Source: Holophagaceae bacterium
GTDB lineage: Bacteria > Acidobacteriota > Holophagae > Holophagales > Holophagaceae
Assembly (NCBI GenBank): GCA_025350765.1
Contig: JANXXC010000221.1
Span: 1-53,212, forward strand
Direction of reading: 5' to 3'
DNA: 53,212 nucleotides
Below, piece by piece: positions 17,467-27,520 of the stretch (its first letter is position 1; the number at the start of each line of letters is the position of its first letter). A program made the position numbers and the translations under genes. The notes under the pieces are model-generated. The model did not search any database and was not told the origin of the DNA. It worked only from the letters and a program-made list of their open reading frames with translations.

Positions 17467-18462
17467 ATGCGCGAGGGAAGCATCACGGCAAAGGAATTGG
17501 CTCGGCGGCTGAACGGCACGCTCAACCATTGTCCCCCGGAAAGGCTCCTTCACGAAGTGCGGCCCCTGGATGAAGCAGGGCCGGGGGCCTTGAGTTTCTT
17601 GGCCAATCCGAAATACGCCGCCAAAGCGACCACCGCCGAAGCCGGGCTGATCCTGGTGGACCCCAAAACCGACTTGGGCGATCGCGCCGTGCTGGTAGTG
17701 GAAAACCCCTACTGGGCCTTTGCCCAATGCATCGAGTGGCTGCATCCGGAGCCCTTGCCCCAATGGGAACAAACGCCCATCCATCCTTCCGCCGAAATCC
17801 ATGCACGGACTAGGGTCGCGCCGGGGGTCACCATCGGCGCGCGGACTTCCATCGGCGAAGGCTGCGTGCTGCATCCGGGCGTCCACATCGGCGATGACTG
17901 CATCATTGGCGATGGCTGCGAATTGTTTCCCGGCGTGGTGCTCTACCGCCTCACCAAACTTGGCCGGAACGTGCGCATCCACGCCAACTCAGTGCTGGGC
18001 AGCGATGGCTACGGCTACGTGCTGGTGGACGGCCGTCATCAAAAAGTCCCCCAAGTGGGTTGGGTGGAAGTGGGCGATGAGGCCGAACTGGGCGCCTGTG
18101 TCACCGTGGATCGCGGCGTGCTGGGACCCACGCGCATCGGCGCGGGCACCAAGGTGGACAACCAGTGCCAGATCGCGCACAACGTGCAAATCGGCGAGCA
18201 TTGCCTCATCGTGAGCCAGAGCGGCATCAGCGGATCTTCCAAGATCGGCGACTACGTGACCCTGGCGGGCAAAGTGGGCGTGGTGGGCCACATCGAAATC
18301 GGTGCCCGCAGCATCGTGGGCGGCGGCAGCGTGGTGGCCAAGAGCCTTCCGGTCGGCAGCTTCGTCACGGGCTATCCGGCGAGGCCTCACAAGGACTGGA
18401 TCGAAGCCCAGGCCGCCTTGAATCGGCTGCCGAAAACGCTAAAGAAGCTCCAGCGCGGGTGA
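17467..18462 (+). CDS. lpxD: UDP-3-O-acylglucosamine N-acyltransferase
   Basis: 331 aa with a left-handed beta-helix hexapeptide repeat region and an LpxD-typical N-terminus. Confidence 0.9.
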   Translation: MREGSITAKELARRLNGTLNHCPPERLLHEVRPLDEAGPGALSFLANPKYAAKATTAEAGLILVDPKTDLGDRAVLVVENPYWAFAQCIEWLHPEPLPQWEQTPIHPSAEIHARTRVAPGVTIGARTSIGEGCVLHPGVHIGDDCIIGDGCELFPGVVLYRLTKLGRNVRIHANSVLGSDGYGYVLVDGRHQKVPQVGWVEVGDEAELGACVTVDRGVLGPTRIGAGTKVDNQCQIAHNVQIGEHCLIVSQSGISGSSKIGDYVTLAGKVGVVGHIEIGARSIVGGGSVVAKSLPVGSFVTGYPARPHKDWIEAQAALNRLPKTLKKLQRG

Positions 18463-20951
18463 TGCAACCCCTTTCCCCCCTTCCCATTGATCCGCTGCTG
18501 CCGCAGGTTCTGACCTCGCTGAAGGCCAATCCGAACCTCGTCATCACGGCAGATCCCGGCGCCGGGAAAACCACCCGCGTGCCCCGGGCCATGCTGGATA
18601 GCGGCATGCTTTCCGAGGGCGAATGCTGGGTGCTGGAACCCCGCCGATTGGCTGCCCGCTTGGCGGCGGCCCGGGTGGCCGAGGAGCTTGGAGAAGCCCT
18701 GGGCGAACGCGTGGGCTACGCCGTGCGCTTCGAGCAGAAAGTATCGAAGGCCACGCGCATCCGCTTTGTCACCGAGGGATTGCTGCTGCGCCGCCTTCAG
18801 GGTGATCCGCAATTGAAGGGCATCGCCGCGGTGGTGTTGGATGAATTCCACGAGCGGCACCTGCACACGGATCTGGCCATCACCCTGCTGCGGCGAATGC
18901 AGCAGCAGGATCGTCCTGATCTCCGACTGCTGGTGATGTCCGCGACCTTGGACGCCGCACCCGTCGCGGCTTTTTTGGATGCGCCCGTTCTGCGCAGCGA
19001 GGGCCGCGCCTATCCCGTTGAGCTGCGGCACGCGGAGCGTCCCGATGACCGCGCCGTATCGATTCAGGTGGCGGAAGCCGTGGAGCGGATCTACGAGGGC
19101 GGCCCGAAGGGCCACACACTGGTCTTTCTTCCTGGCGCGGCGGAGATCCGAGCCTGTCTCAAAAGCTGCGATGGCATCGCCCGGCGTCTTGGGTTGCGCC
19201 TGTTCCCGCTGCACGGCGAGCTGAGCGCGGACGCCCAACAGCAGGCCATCGCGCCTTCCGCCGCGCCGAAAATCATCCTGAGCACCAATGTGGCGGAAAG
19301 CTCCGTGACGCTGGATGGGATTCATGCGGTGGTGGATTCGGGGCAAGGCCGCCAAGCCGAGCACTCGCCCTGGAGCGGCCTTCCGAGCTTGCGCACCACG
19401 CGCATCAGCCAGGCCCGCTGCATCCAGCGCGCGGGCCGCGCGGGCCGCACTGGGCCGGGGCTGTGCGTGCGGCTTTTCACCGAAAGTGATTTCAAGGCGC
19501 GGCCCGATTTCGACACGCCGGAATTGCAGCGCGCGGATTTGGCCGAACCCCTGCTCTCCCTGCATGGCCTCGGCATCCCCAGGCCTTCGGAACTGAATTG
19601 GTTCGAGAATCCCCCCGCGCCCTCGGTCGAAGCCGCCGAAAAACTGCTGCGCTGGATCGGCGCCTTGGATGAGGCCGGAACGCTGACCGCCGTGGGTCGC
19701 GCGATGCTCAAGGAACCATTGCATCCTCGGCTGGCGCGGTTGGTGGTGGCGGGTGATGAGGCGGGAATCCCCCGTCTGGCGAGGGAAGCGGCGGCGTTGC
19801 TGGAGACCGGCGATTTGGAGGCGCGGCAGAACCTGGACCGCGCCGCGCCGCATTCCGGCCCGCCGCTTTCATCGGATCTATGGCTGCGCCTGGATCAATT
19901 CCACGAAGCGGAGGCCGCGAACTTCAATGCCGGCGCTTGCCGCGCCGCGGGTCTTGATGCGAGCGCCGTGCATCGCGCCCACCAGGCCGCGAAGAGTCTG
20001 CTGCGGGATACACCGAAACGGGAAGCACCGGCGGAGGCCGAGACCCTTTTGTTGAAGGCCTTGCTGCGGGCCTATCCCGACCGCTTGGCCAAGCGCGGCG
20101 GGGGCGCGACCGTGGCTTTCGTCGGGGGAGGCGGCGCCACCCTGGACCCTCGCAGCCGCGTGAAAGAAGGTCTGTTGCTGGCCTTGGAAGCGGATCAAAT
20201 CAAGCGCGGCGCGGGAAGCGAAACGAAGGTCCGTATCGCCTCCAGATGTGAAGCGGATTGGCTGCTGGAGGCCTTTCCTGAACGCTTTCGCGATTCGGAG
20301 GACCTGGTCTTCAACGCGTCGAAGGACCGCGTAGAGTGCATCTCCCGCCTTTGGTTCGAGGATCTCTGCATCGACGAAAGCCGCGGCCCCGCGCGGTCCG
20401 ACCAGCCCGGCGCCGCGGATGTCCTGGCGGACGCCTTGCTGTTAAAAGGTCTCGGCGAGGACCAGGAAAAAGTGGATCGCCTCTTGGATCGCGCGGCTTT
20501 CCTGGCGAAGCATCGCGAGGATCTCGGCCTTCCAGGGCGCGAACGGCTTCTCCATCGCTTGCTCGCCAAAGCCTGCGAAGGCGCGGTCTCTCTGAGGGAC
20601 TTGAAGTCCATTGATTGGGCCTGGTCCTTGAAATCCATGCTGGGGGATGAAGCCGCGCGGCTGATGGAAGCCTGGGCGCCGGACACGGTGCAGCTGCCCA
20701 AGGGGCGCCCTGCGAAGATCCACTACGACGGCGAGTCTCCGTGGATCGAAGCGCGGCTCCAGGAATTCTGGGGTCTCAAGAAAAGCCCGACCATCGCTGG
20801 AGGCGCCGTGCCCTTGGTTTCGCATTTGCTGGCGCCCAACATGCGCGCCGTGCAGGTGACCACGGATTTGAAAGGCTTCTGGGAGCGAGTCTATAAAGAG
20901 ATCCGGCCCGGGCTTTCGCGGAGATACCCGAAGCATCATTGGCCGGAATAA
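18462..20951 (+). CDS. hrpB: ATP-dependent RNA helicase HrpB (DEAH-box)
   Basis: Contains MQPLSPLPIDPLLPQV...ADPGAGKTTRVP, LDEFHERH, SATL, QRAGRAGR. The ATG overlaps the lpxD stop (TGATG). Confidence 0.9.
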   Translation: MQPLSPLPIDPLLPQVLTSLKANPNLVITADPGAGKTTRVPRAMLDSGMLSEGECWVLEPRRLAARLAAARVAEELGEALGERVGYAVRFEQKVSKATRIRFVTEGLLLRRLQGDPQLKGIAAVVLDEFHERHLHTDLAITLLRRMQQQDRPDLRLLVMSATLDAAPVAAFLDAPVLRSEGRAYPVELRHAERPDDRAVSIQVAEAVERIYEGGPKGHTLVFLPGAAEIRACLKSCDGIARRLGLRLFPLHGELSADAQQQAIAPSAAPKIILSTNVAESSVTLDGIHAVVDSGQGRQAEHSPWSGLPSLRTTRISQARCIQRAGRAGRTGPGLCVRLFTESDFKARPDFDTPELQRADLAEPLLSLHGLGIPRPSELNWFENPPAPSVEAAEKLLRWIGALDEAGTLTAVGRAMLKEPLHPRLARLVVAGDEAGIPRLAREAAALLETGDLEARQNLDRAAPHSGPPLSSDLWLRLDQFHEAEAANFNAGACRAAGLDASAVHRAHQAAKSLLRDTPKREAPAEAETLLLKALLRAYPDRLAKRGGGATVAFVGGGGATLDPRSRVKEGLLLALEADQIKRGAGSETKVRIASRCEADWLLEAFPERFRDSEDLVFNASKDRVECISRLWFEDLCIDESRGPARSDQPGAADVLADALLLKGLGEDQEKVDRLLDRAAFLAKHREDLGLPGRERLLHRLLAKACEGAVSLRDLKSIDWAWSLKSMLGDEAARLMEAWAPDTVQLPKGRPAKIHYDGESPWIEARLQEFWGLKKSPTIAGGAVPLVSHLLAPNMRAVQVTTDLKGFWERVYKEIRPGLSRRYPKHHWPE

Positions 20952-20955
20952 GGTT

Positions 20956-21647
20956 TCCTGATTATCGGCTTCCCCTCAGCCAGAAAAGCTGAACACTGAA
21001 GGCACAGAAATCTACGGAAGAACACGGAAACGCGGGTTCACACCAATTTGAACTCAAAAAAATACTACGCGGAGGACGCGGAGAAGCGGAGGCTCGCGGA
21101 GCTGCCCGTTTTTGAGATCCGTCCAGCAGGGGCCAAGGATTCGGGCGCGGCCGATGACTCGCTCCCAATAGGCGATCAAGGCCGCGCCCGAATCCTCACC
21201 GCGAAGCGGTGATGCCCGGTAACGCGGGCGCCCCTGCACGCAACGGACGAGCCCCTCTGCTTCCCTCTGATATCCTCCGCTGCCCTCCGCGTGGTGCATT
21301 TTACTGAGGTTGGCCATTCGGCTGAGTTTCAGGGGTAATCAGGAAAAAATAAAACCCAACAACAAGACACCAAGAAATATCTTGATCGGTTCCGTCTCGC
21401 CATCGCGTTGCGGCGGCGTACCGAAATGCGTGGATGGGTCGGCGCCCCTTGGTGTCCTTGCTGCCTTGGTGGTGAATCATTTTCTTGGCGTCGTCCTGAT
21501 GAATTTTATCGTATTGAACACGACTTAGCATCAGGGCCGCGTGCCACCATACGGCTCCTTCTGGGCCTCCGATTTTTTACCGTGTTCTCCGTGTCCCAGC
21601 ATTTCGATGGCAGGTGAGAATTGGCGGAATCCTGCTGATAATCAGGT
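20956..21647. mobile_element. Non-coding MITE-like element (692 bp) with TCCTGATTATC-type inverted termini, flanked by AGGTT direct repeats
   Basis: The left end TCCTGATTATC (20956-66) pairs with the right end GATAATCAGGT (21637-47). AGGTT occurs at 20951-55 and again at 21648-52. An additional internal right-end copy GGTAATCAGGA lies at 21334-44. Subterminal CTCAGCC motifs are present. There is no credible ORF. Confidence 0.4.
21136..21196. repeat. Perfect 17-bp inverted repeat (hairpin, 27-nt loop)
   Basis: AGGATTCGGGCGCGGCC (21136-52) pairs with GGCCGCGCCCGAATCCT (21180-96). Confidence 0.8.
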
Positions 21648-21651
21648 AGGT

Positions 21652-22563
21652 TCATCGCCGCTTTGCTTTCGTCTCCGGCGGCGGGCTTCCCTCCCGCACC
21701 AGGGATAGAAAGGCCTTAGCGGCGTGGGAGAGGCTGTCCTCGCGCCGGTAAACCATGCGCAGGGTCTTCTCGATGTGCATCCCTTTGACCGGGACCTCCA
21801 CCAAGGTGCGCGCGTCCAAGGCGTCCTGCACCGAGAGGCGCGGCAGGATCGCCAGGCCCGCGCCCAGCCGCACGAATTCCTTGATGGTTTCCAGGGTCGC
21901 CAATTCCATGGTGATGTTCAAGGGCGCATGAGCCTTGGCGAAGAGCTCTAAGATCCGCGTCCTTGCGGGTGTCCGCGCGTTGTGCGCCACGAAGGTTTCC
22001 TTGCCTAGTTCTTTGAGGGTGACCTGATCCCGGCGGGCGAAAGGATGATCGGGAGGCACCACCAGCACGAGCTCATCCTGGTGCACCGCCAGGGACTCCA
22101 GGCCGGACTGAGGCGGGTCATAGGAGAGAAATCCGAAATCCAGATTGCGCTCCAGCAGCTCGCCTGGAATACGCTCGGAGAGATGGCGTTCCACGGTGAT
22201 CTTGATCTGCGGGAAGGCCGAGCGGTAGTGCAGCAACAGGGGCGGCAGCAGGTAGAGCGAGGTGCTTTCGTTGGCGCCGATGCTCAGGCGGCCCCCCAGC
22301 ATGCGGCGGAATTCCCCCACCGCTTCGAAGGCTTCCGCCCGCAGATTCACCATGCGCTGGGCGTAGGAGAGCAGGGTGCGGCCCGCATCAGTCAGGGTTC
22401 CACCCTTGGCGCTGCGATCGAAGAGGGCCTCCCCCAGCTCTTCTTCGAGCTTCTTGATGGCGATGCTCAGGGCGGGCTGGGTACGGAACAATTTATCCGC
22501 CGCCCGGGAGAAGCTTTTCTCGCGGGCCACATGGAGGAAGGCTTCGAGCTGTCCGAGGTCCAT
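21652..22563 (-). CDS. LysR-family transcriptional regulator, divergent from leuA
   Basis: Starts [44 protein letters not shown] (HTH), 303 aa. The track ORF 21652..23334 is an artefactual upstream extension. Confidence 0.85.
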   Translation of the reverse strand: MDLGQLEAFLHVAREKSFSRAADKLFRTQPALSIAIKKLEEELGEALFDRSAKGGTLTDAGRTLLSYAQRMVNLRAEAFEAVGEFRRMLGGRLSIGANESTSLYLLPPLLLHYRSAFPQIKITVERHLSERIPGELLERNLDFGFLSYDPPQSGLESLAVHQDELVLVVPPDHPFARRDQVTLKELGKETFVAHNARTPARTRILELFAKAHAPLNITMELATLETIKEFVRLGAGLAILPRLSVQDALDARTLVEVPVKGMHIEKTLRMVYRREDSLSHAAKAFLSLVREGSPPPETKAKRR

Positions 22564-22571
22564 GGCGATAG

Positions 22572-22588
22572 TATAAAAATAATTTATA
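22572..22588. promoter_or_regulatory. Candidate LysR-type operator (dyad TATAAA-N5-TTTATA) in the AT-rich divergent promoter region
   Basis: The dyad tataaaaataatttata lies 9 nt from the LysR start, within the AT-rich spacer 22564-22620 between the LysR gene and leuA. Confidence 0.35.
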
Positions 22589-22659
22589 GAATTGTAAAAA
22601 CAATAAATTTTTAGAGAAGACCCGCCACCGTTAGCCTTGCTTTTTGGGCGAGGTATTTC

Positions 22660-24216
22660 ATGGGCCAGGCGAGGGTGTCGATTTTCGATACAACGCTGCG
22701 CGACGGTGAACAATCCCCGGGCTGCAGCATGAACCTCGACGAGAAGCTGCGCATGGCGCGCCAGCTTGAAATCTTGGGGGTGGACGTCATCGAGGCGGGC
22801 TTCCCCGTGGCCTCGGACGATGATTTCGCCGCCGTGCAAGCGGTGGCCCAGGCCTGCCGCCGTCCCATCATCGCAGGACTCTGCCGTGCCTTGCCCCAGG
22901 ACATCACCCGTGCCTGGGAGGCCCTGCGCGGCGCGGCGCGGCCCCGCATCCACACCTTCCTGGCCACCTCGGACATCCACCTCCATCACAAGTTGCACAA
23001 GACTCGGGGAGAGGCACTGGAGATGGCGGTGGCCGGAGTGCGCCTGGCCAAATCTCTGACCCAGGACGTGGAATTCTCCGCCGAGGATGCCACCCGAACC
23101 GATGTGGATTTCCTTTGCCAGATGGTCGAGGCCGTTATCGAGGCCGGCGCCACGGTGGTGAACATCCCGGACACCGTGGGGTATGCCATTCCCAGTGAAT
23201 TCGGGGATCTCATCCGGGTCCTGAATCAGCGGGTGCCGAACCTCCATCGCGCGGTGCTCAGCGTCCACTGCCACGACGATCTGGGACTGGCCGTGGCCAA
23301 CTCCATCGCCGCGGTGGAAGCCGGCGCGCGCCAAGTGGAATGCACCGTCAACGGCATTGGTGAGCGCGCCGGGAATGCCTCCTTAGAGGAAGTGGTGATG
23401 GCCCTGCAGGTGCGCCGCGACCGCCTGCCTTTCGAGACCGGTGTGCTGGCCGACCAGATCATTCGCAGCAGCCAGCTGCTCACCAACATCACGGGCGTCC
23501 ATGTGCAGCCGAACAAGGCCATCGTTGGCCGCAACGCCTTCGCCCACGAGGCCGGCATCCACCAACACGGTGTGCTTCAGAACCGCAGCACCTACGAGAT
23601 CATGACCCCCGAATCCGTGGGCGCCCGCACTCAAAGCCTGGTGCTGGGCAAGCACTCGGGGCGCCACGCCCTGGATCAACGCTTCAAAGAGATGGGTTTC
23701 GATCTCACCAAGCTTGAACTGGAAAAGGCGTACAAGATTTTCACCAAGCTCAGCGACCAAAAGAAGGAGATCTTCGAAGAGGACCTGCTAGCCATCGTCC
23801 AGGACGGCTTGGCGCAGATCCCCGAGGCCTGGAAACTGAGGGCGGTGCAAGCCACCGCAGGGACCATGGCCACGGCCACCGCGCTGGTGACGCTCTGGGA
23901 CGGCGAACAGGAATTTACCGAAACGGCCTCGGGTGATGGCCCCGTGAACGCAGTCTGCGCCTCCATGGACAAGCTCACGGGCCTCAAGGGAACCCTGCTC
24001 GATTACACCGTGCGCTCCATCACCGTGGGCGCCGACGCGGTGGGAGAGGTCTTCGTCCACGTGGATTTCGGAGGCACGCCTTCCTCGGGCCGCGCCGCCA
24101 GCACGGACATCGTGGATGCATCGGCCCGGGCCTACCTTAACGCCGTCAACAAGCTCGTCTACGCGCGCCGAAACCGCGACCTCCAACACCAACTCCTGCC
24201 AGCGGCCAGCGCCTGA
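22660..24216 (+). CDS. leuA: 2-isopropylmalate synthase
   Basis: Starts [21 protein letters not shown] and contains [15 protein letters not shown]-terminal regulatory domain is present, and the gene sits in leuCDB context. Confidence 0.85.
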   Translation: MGQARVSIFDTTLRDGEQSPGCSMNLDEKLRMARQLEILGVDVIEAGFPVASDDDFAAVQAVAQACRRPIIAGLCRALPQDITRAWEALRGAARPRIHTFLATSDIHLHHKLHKTRGEALEMAVAGVRLAKSLTQDVEFSAEDATRTDVDFLCQMVEAVIEAGATVVNIPDTVGYAIPSEFGDLIRVLNQRVPNLHRAVLSVHCHDDLGLAVANSIAAVEAGARQVECTVNGIGERAGNASLEEVVMALQVRRDRLPFETGVLADQIIRSSQLLTNITGVHVQPNKAIVGRNAFAHEAGIHQHGVLQNRSTYEIMTPESVGARTQSLVLGKHSGRHALDQRFKEMGFDLTKLELEKAYKIFTKLSDQKKEIFEEDLLAIVQDGLAQIPEAWKLRAVQATAGTMATATALVTLWDGEQEFTETASGDGPVNAVCASMDKLTGLKGTLLDYTVRSITVGADAVGEVFVHVDFGGTPSSGRAASTDIVDASARAYLNAVNKLVYARRNRDLQHQLLPAASA

Positions 24217-24217
24217 A

Positions 24218-25555
<1,338 letters not shown>

Positions 25556-25558
25556 ATT

Positions 25559-26095
25559 TTGAGCGAGATTCCCATGCCTGAAATTCCGACCAAGCTGCGC
25601 GGCCGAGCTCATGTCTACGGCCGCCCCCACATCAACACCGACGAGATCATTCCGGCCCGTCACCTCAACGTGCACGATGAGGCGGAGCTGGCGCGCCACG
25701 CCATGGAGGACATTGACGAGGGCTTTGTGGCGCGAGTCCGGCCCGGTGACATCCTGGTGGCGGGTGAGGATTTCGGCTGTGGCTCTTCCCGGGAACATGC
25801 GGTGTGGGCGTTGCGAGGCGCGGGCGTGAAGGTCGTCATCGCCCAGAGCTTCTCCCGGATTTTTTTCCGCAACGCCATCAACAATGGCTTCCTCGCCATC
25901 GAATGCGTGGGCGCGGCGGAACTAGCTTCGACCGGCGATGACTTGGAAGTGGATTTGGAAAGGGGCCTGCTGCTCAATCACACCCGCGGCGCCGAGGCGC
26001 GCTTCGTTCCGCTCACGGATTTCGCCAAAGAGCTGTTGGCCGCGGGAGGCCTGCTGCCTTTCGTGCTGGCCAAGCGCGCCAAGGTGGTGGCCTGA
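25559..26095 (+). CDS. leuD: 3-isopropylmalate dehydratase small subunit
   Basis: Contains [16 protein letters not shown] start at 25559; an alternative ATG is at 25574. Confidence 0.9.
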   Translation: MSEIPMPEIPTKLRGRAHVYGRPHINTDEIIPARHLNVHDEAELARHAMEDIDEGFVARVRPGDILVAGEDFGCGSSREHAVWALRGAGVKVVIAQSFSRIFFRNAINNGFLAIECVGAAELASTGDDLEVDLERGLLLNHTRGAEARFVPLTDFAKELLAAGGLLPFVLAKRAKVVA

Positions 26096-27204
26096 TGCCA
26101 GAACCCATCTGCATCGCCGTGCTCCCCGGAGATGGAGTGGGGCCCGAGGTCACGGCGGAAGCCGTGGCCTGCCTGGAGGTCGTGGCGCTTGAATTTTTTC
26201 ACGAATTTGAATTCCATGAGCATCTCATCGGTGGCGCGGCCTTGGATGTCGTTGGTGTGCCCCTTCCCGAAGCGACCTTGAAGGCCTGCCAAGAAAGCCG
26301 CGCGGTGTTTCTGGGCGCGGTGGGTTCGCCGAAGCACGATCATCAGCCCGCGCATCTCCGCCCCGAATCAGGCCTGCTGGCGCTCCGTGCAGCTCTGGGC
26401 GTATTCGCCAACCTCCGTCCGGTGCGGGTGGATGACGCGCTGATCGATGCCTCTCCGCTGAAGGCCAGCATCGTGCGAGGCACGGACCTCCTCATCGTGC
26501 GGGAACTGGCCGGGGGCCTCTATTTCGGCGAGCCGCGCAGCCTCACGAAAACCCGCGGCGTCAACACCATGGCCTACACCGATGGGGAAGTGGAGCGCGT
26601 GGCGCGCGTCGCTTTCAAATTGGCGAAAGGCCGCCGCCGCAAAGTCACCTCCGTGGACAAGGCCAACGTGTTGGAGAGTTCGCGGCTTTGGCGCTCGGTG
26701 GTGGATCGCGTGGCCAAGGACTACCCGGAGGTGAAGCTGGACCACCAGTACGTGGACAGCTGCGCTATGGCCTTGGTGACGCGGCCCGCGACCTTTGACG
26801 TGCTGCTGACGGAAAATCTTTTCGGCGACATCCTGAGCGATGAAGCCGCCGTGCTGCCCGGTTCCTTGGGCCTGCTGCCCTCGGCCAGCCTGGGCGGCAC
26901 GGTGGATCTGTATGAACCGGTGCACGGCTCGGCGCCGGATATCGCGGGCCGGGGCATCGCCAATCCGGTGGGGGCCATTCTTTCGGCGGCCTTGCTCTTG
27001 CGCTACACCCTTGGCTTGGAGACGGAGGCGCGGCTGCTGGAAGAGGCAGTTCGCGGGGTGTTGGCGGAGGGCTGCGGAACTCCCGACCTGCAGGGTGCCC
27101 GCATCCCCGTGGGCACCACCGAACTTGGGAATCGGATCCGGCGCCGCTTCACCGAGCTGGCTTGGAGTGGCGCCAGCCTTGAATGTGTAGCCTCGGCGAA
27201 GTAA
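26095..27204 (+). CDS. leuB: 3-isopropylmalate dehydrogenase
   Basis: Contains [13 protein letters not shown]...[12 protein letters not shown]...[14 protein letters not shown] overlap with leuD. Confidence 0.9.
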   Translation: MPEPICIAVLPGDGVGPEVTAEAVACLEVVALEFFHEFEFHEHLIGGAALDVVGVPLPEATLKACQESRAVFLGAVGSPKHDHQPAHLRPESGLLALRAALGVFANLRPVRVDDALIDASPLKASIVRGTDLLIVRELAGGLYFGEPRSLTKTRGVNTMAYTDGEVERVARVAFKLAKGRRRKVTSVDKANVLESSRLWRSVVDRVAKDYPEVKLDHQYVDSCAMALVTRPATFDVLLTENLFGDILSDEAAVLPGSLGLLPSASLGGTVDLYEPVHGSAPDIAGRGIANPVGAILSAALLLRYTLGLETEARLLEEAVRGVLAEGCGTPDLQGARIPVGTTELGNRIRRRFTELAWSGASLECVASAK

Positions 27205-27275
27205 CTATTTAATTAATGATAATTTTTTGATTATTTATCCTTGACATGAGATGACCCGGGGTTAACCTTGACGGT

Positions 27276-27425
27276 ATGAAGTTCCCGTCTCCCCTCCCGC
27301 AGCGCGCGCTGTGCTCCTCCTCGGCCCTCAGCGGGCTGCAGGGTGGTTTTGCCGCGCTATCCGCTCAGGTAGTGGTGGTGGTACCGGTCGTCGTAATTAT
27401 TAGCGGCGAGGTAGGGGCCCCCTAG
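27276..27425 (+). CDS. Val/Ile-rich ilv leader peptide (49 aa), not in the ORF track
   Basis: My own translation gives [49 protein letters not shown]. There are 8 Val and 2 Ile within an 11-residue run. It is followed by a terminator hairpin and lies directly upstream of ilvD. Confidence 0.7.
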   Translation: MKFPSPLPQRALCSSSALSGLQGGFAALSAQVVVVVPVVVIISGEVGAP

Positions 27426-27446
27426 GCGGAACGAAAAGATCCGACG

Positions 27447-27486
27447 AGCCCCGCACCTCACCCAGGTCGCGGGGCTTCTTGTTTTT
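27447..27486 (+). terminator. Attenuator (intrinsic terminator) of the ilv leader
   Basis: The stem is AGCCCCGC (27447-54) with GCGGGGCT (27469-76). It is followed by TCTTGTTTTT. A possible competing pairing is GGCGAGGTAGGGGC (27405-18) with GCCCCGCACCTCACC (27448-62). Confidence 0.6.
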
Positions 27487-27520
27487 GGGCTCCGCGGCAT
27501 TCGAAATCAACGAGGATTTC

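Noticed and set aside
16069-18464. Recurrent TGATG / ATGA / TTGA stop-start overlaps (about 16 junctions across the window) considered as a special signal.
   Set aside because: This is common translational coupling in compact high-GC genomes. It is used here as evidence for operon structure, not as a novelty.
18387-19853. 488-aa minus-strand ORF antisense to hrpB. Similar long shadow ORFs are 9775..11106 (+), 29311..30333 (-), 46648..47706 (-), 27950..28600 (-) and 32100..32840 (-).
   Set aside because: They lie opposite well-supported genes, are Arg/Gly/Ala/Pro-rich with no recognisable domains, and are the expected stop-poor alternative frames of high-GC DNA.
21136-21260. Hairpin-rich segment considered as a retron msr/msd or other known structured ncRNA (RNase P, tmRNA, SRP, 6S).
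   Set aside because: There is no reverse transcriptase nearby and none of the conserved motifs of those RNAs are present. It lies inside a repeat element.
21054-21531. ORFs 21054..21317 (-), 21301..21531 (-), 21310..21528 (+) and 21408..21617 (+) within the hrpB/LysR spacer.
   Set aside because: They overlap each other, run through repeat words and hairpins, have no SD or family resemblance, and are better explained as non-coding repeat sequence.
21652-23334. 560-aa track ORF that appears to fuse a large N-terminal region to the LysR regulator.
   Set aside because: The N-terminal 257 aa are antisense to leuA and low-complexity. The LysR HTH begins at the internal Met (22563), giving a normal 303-aa protein.
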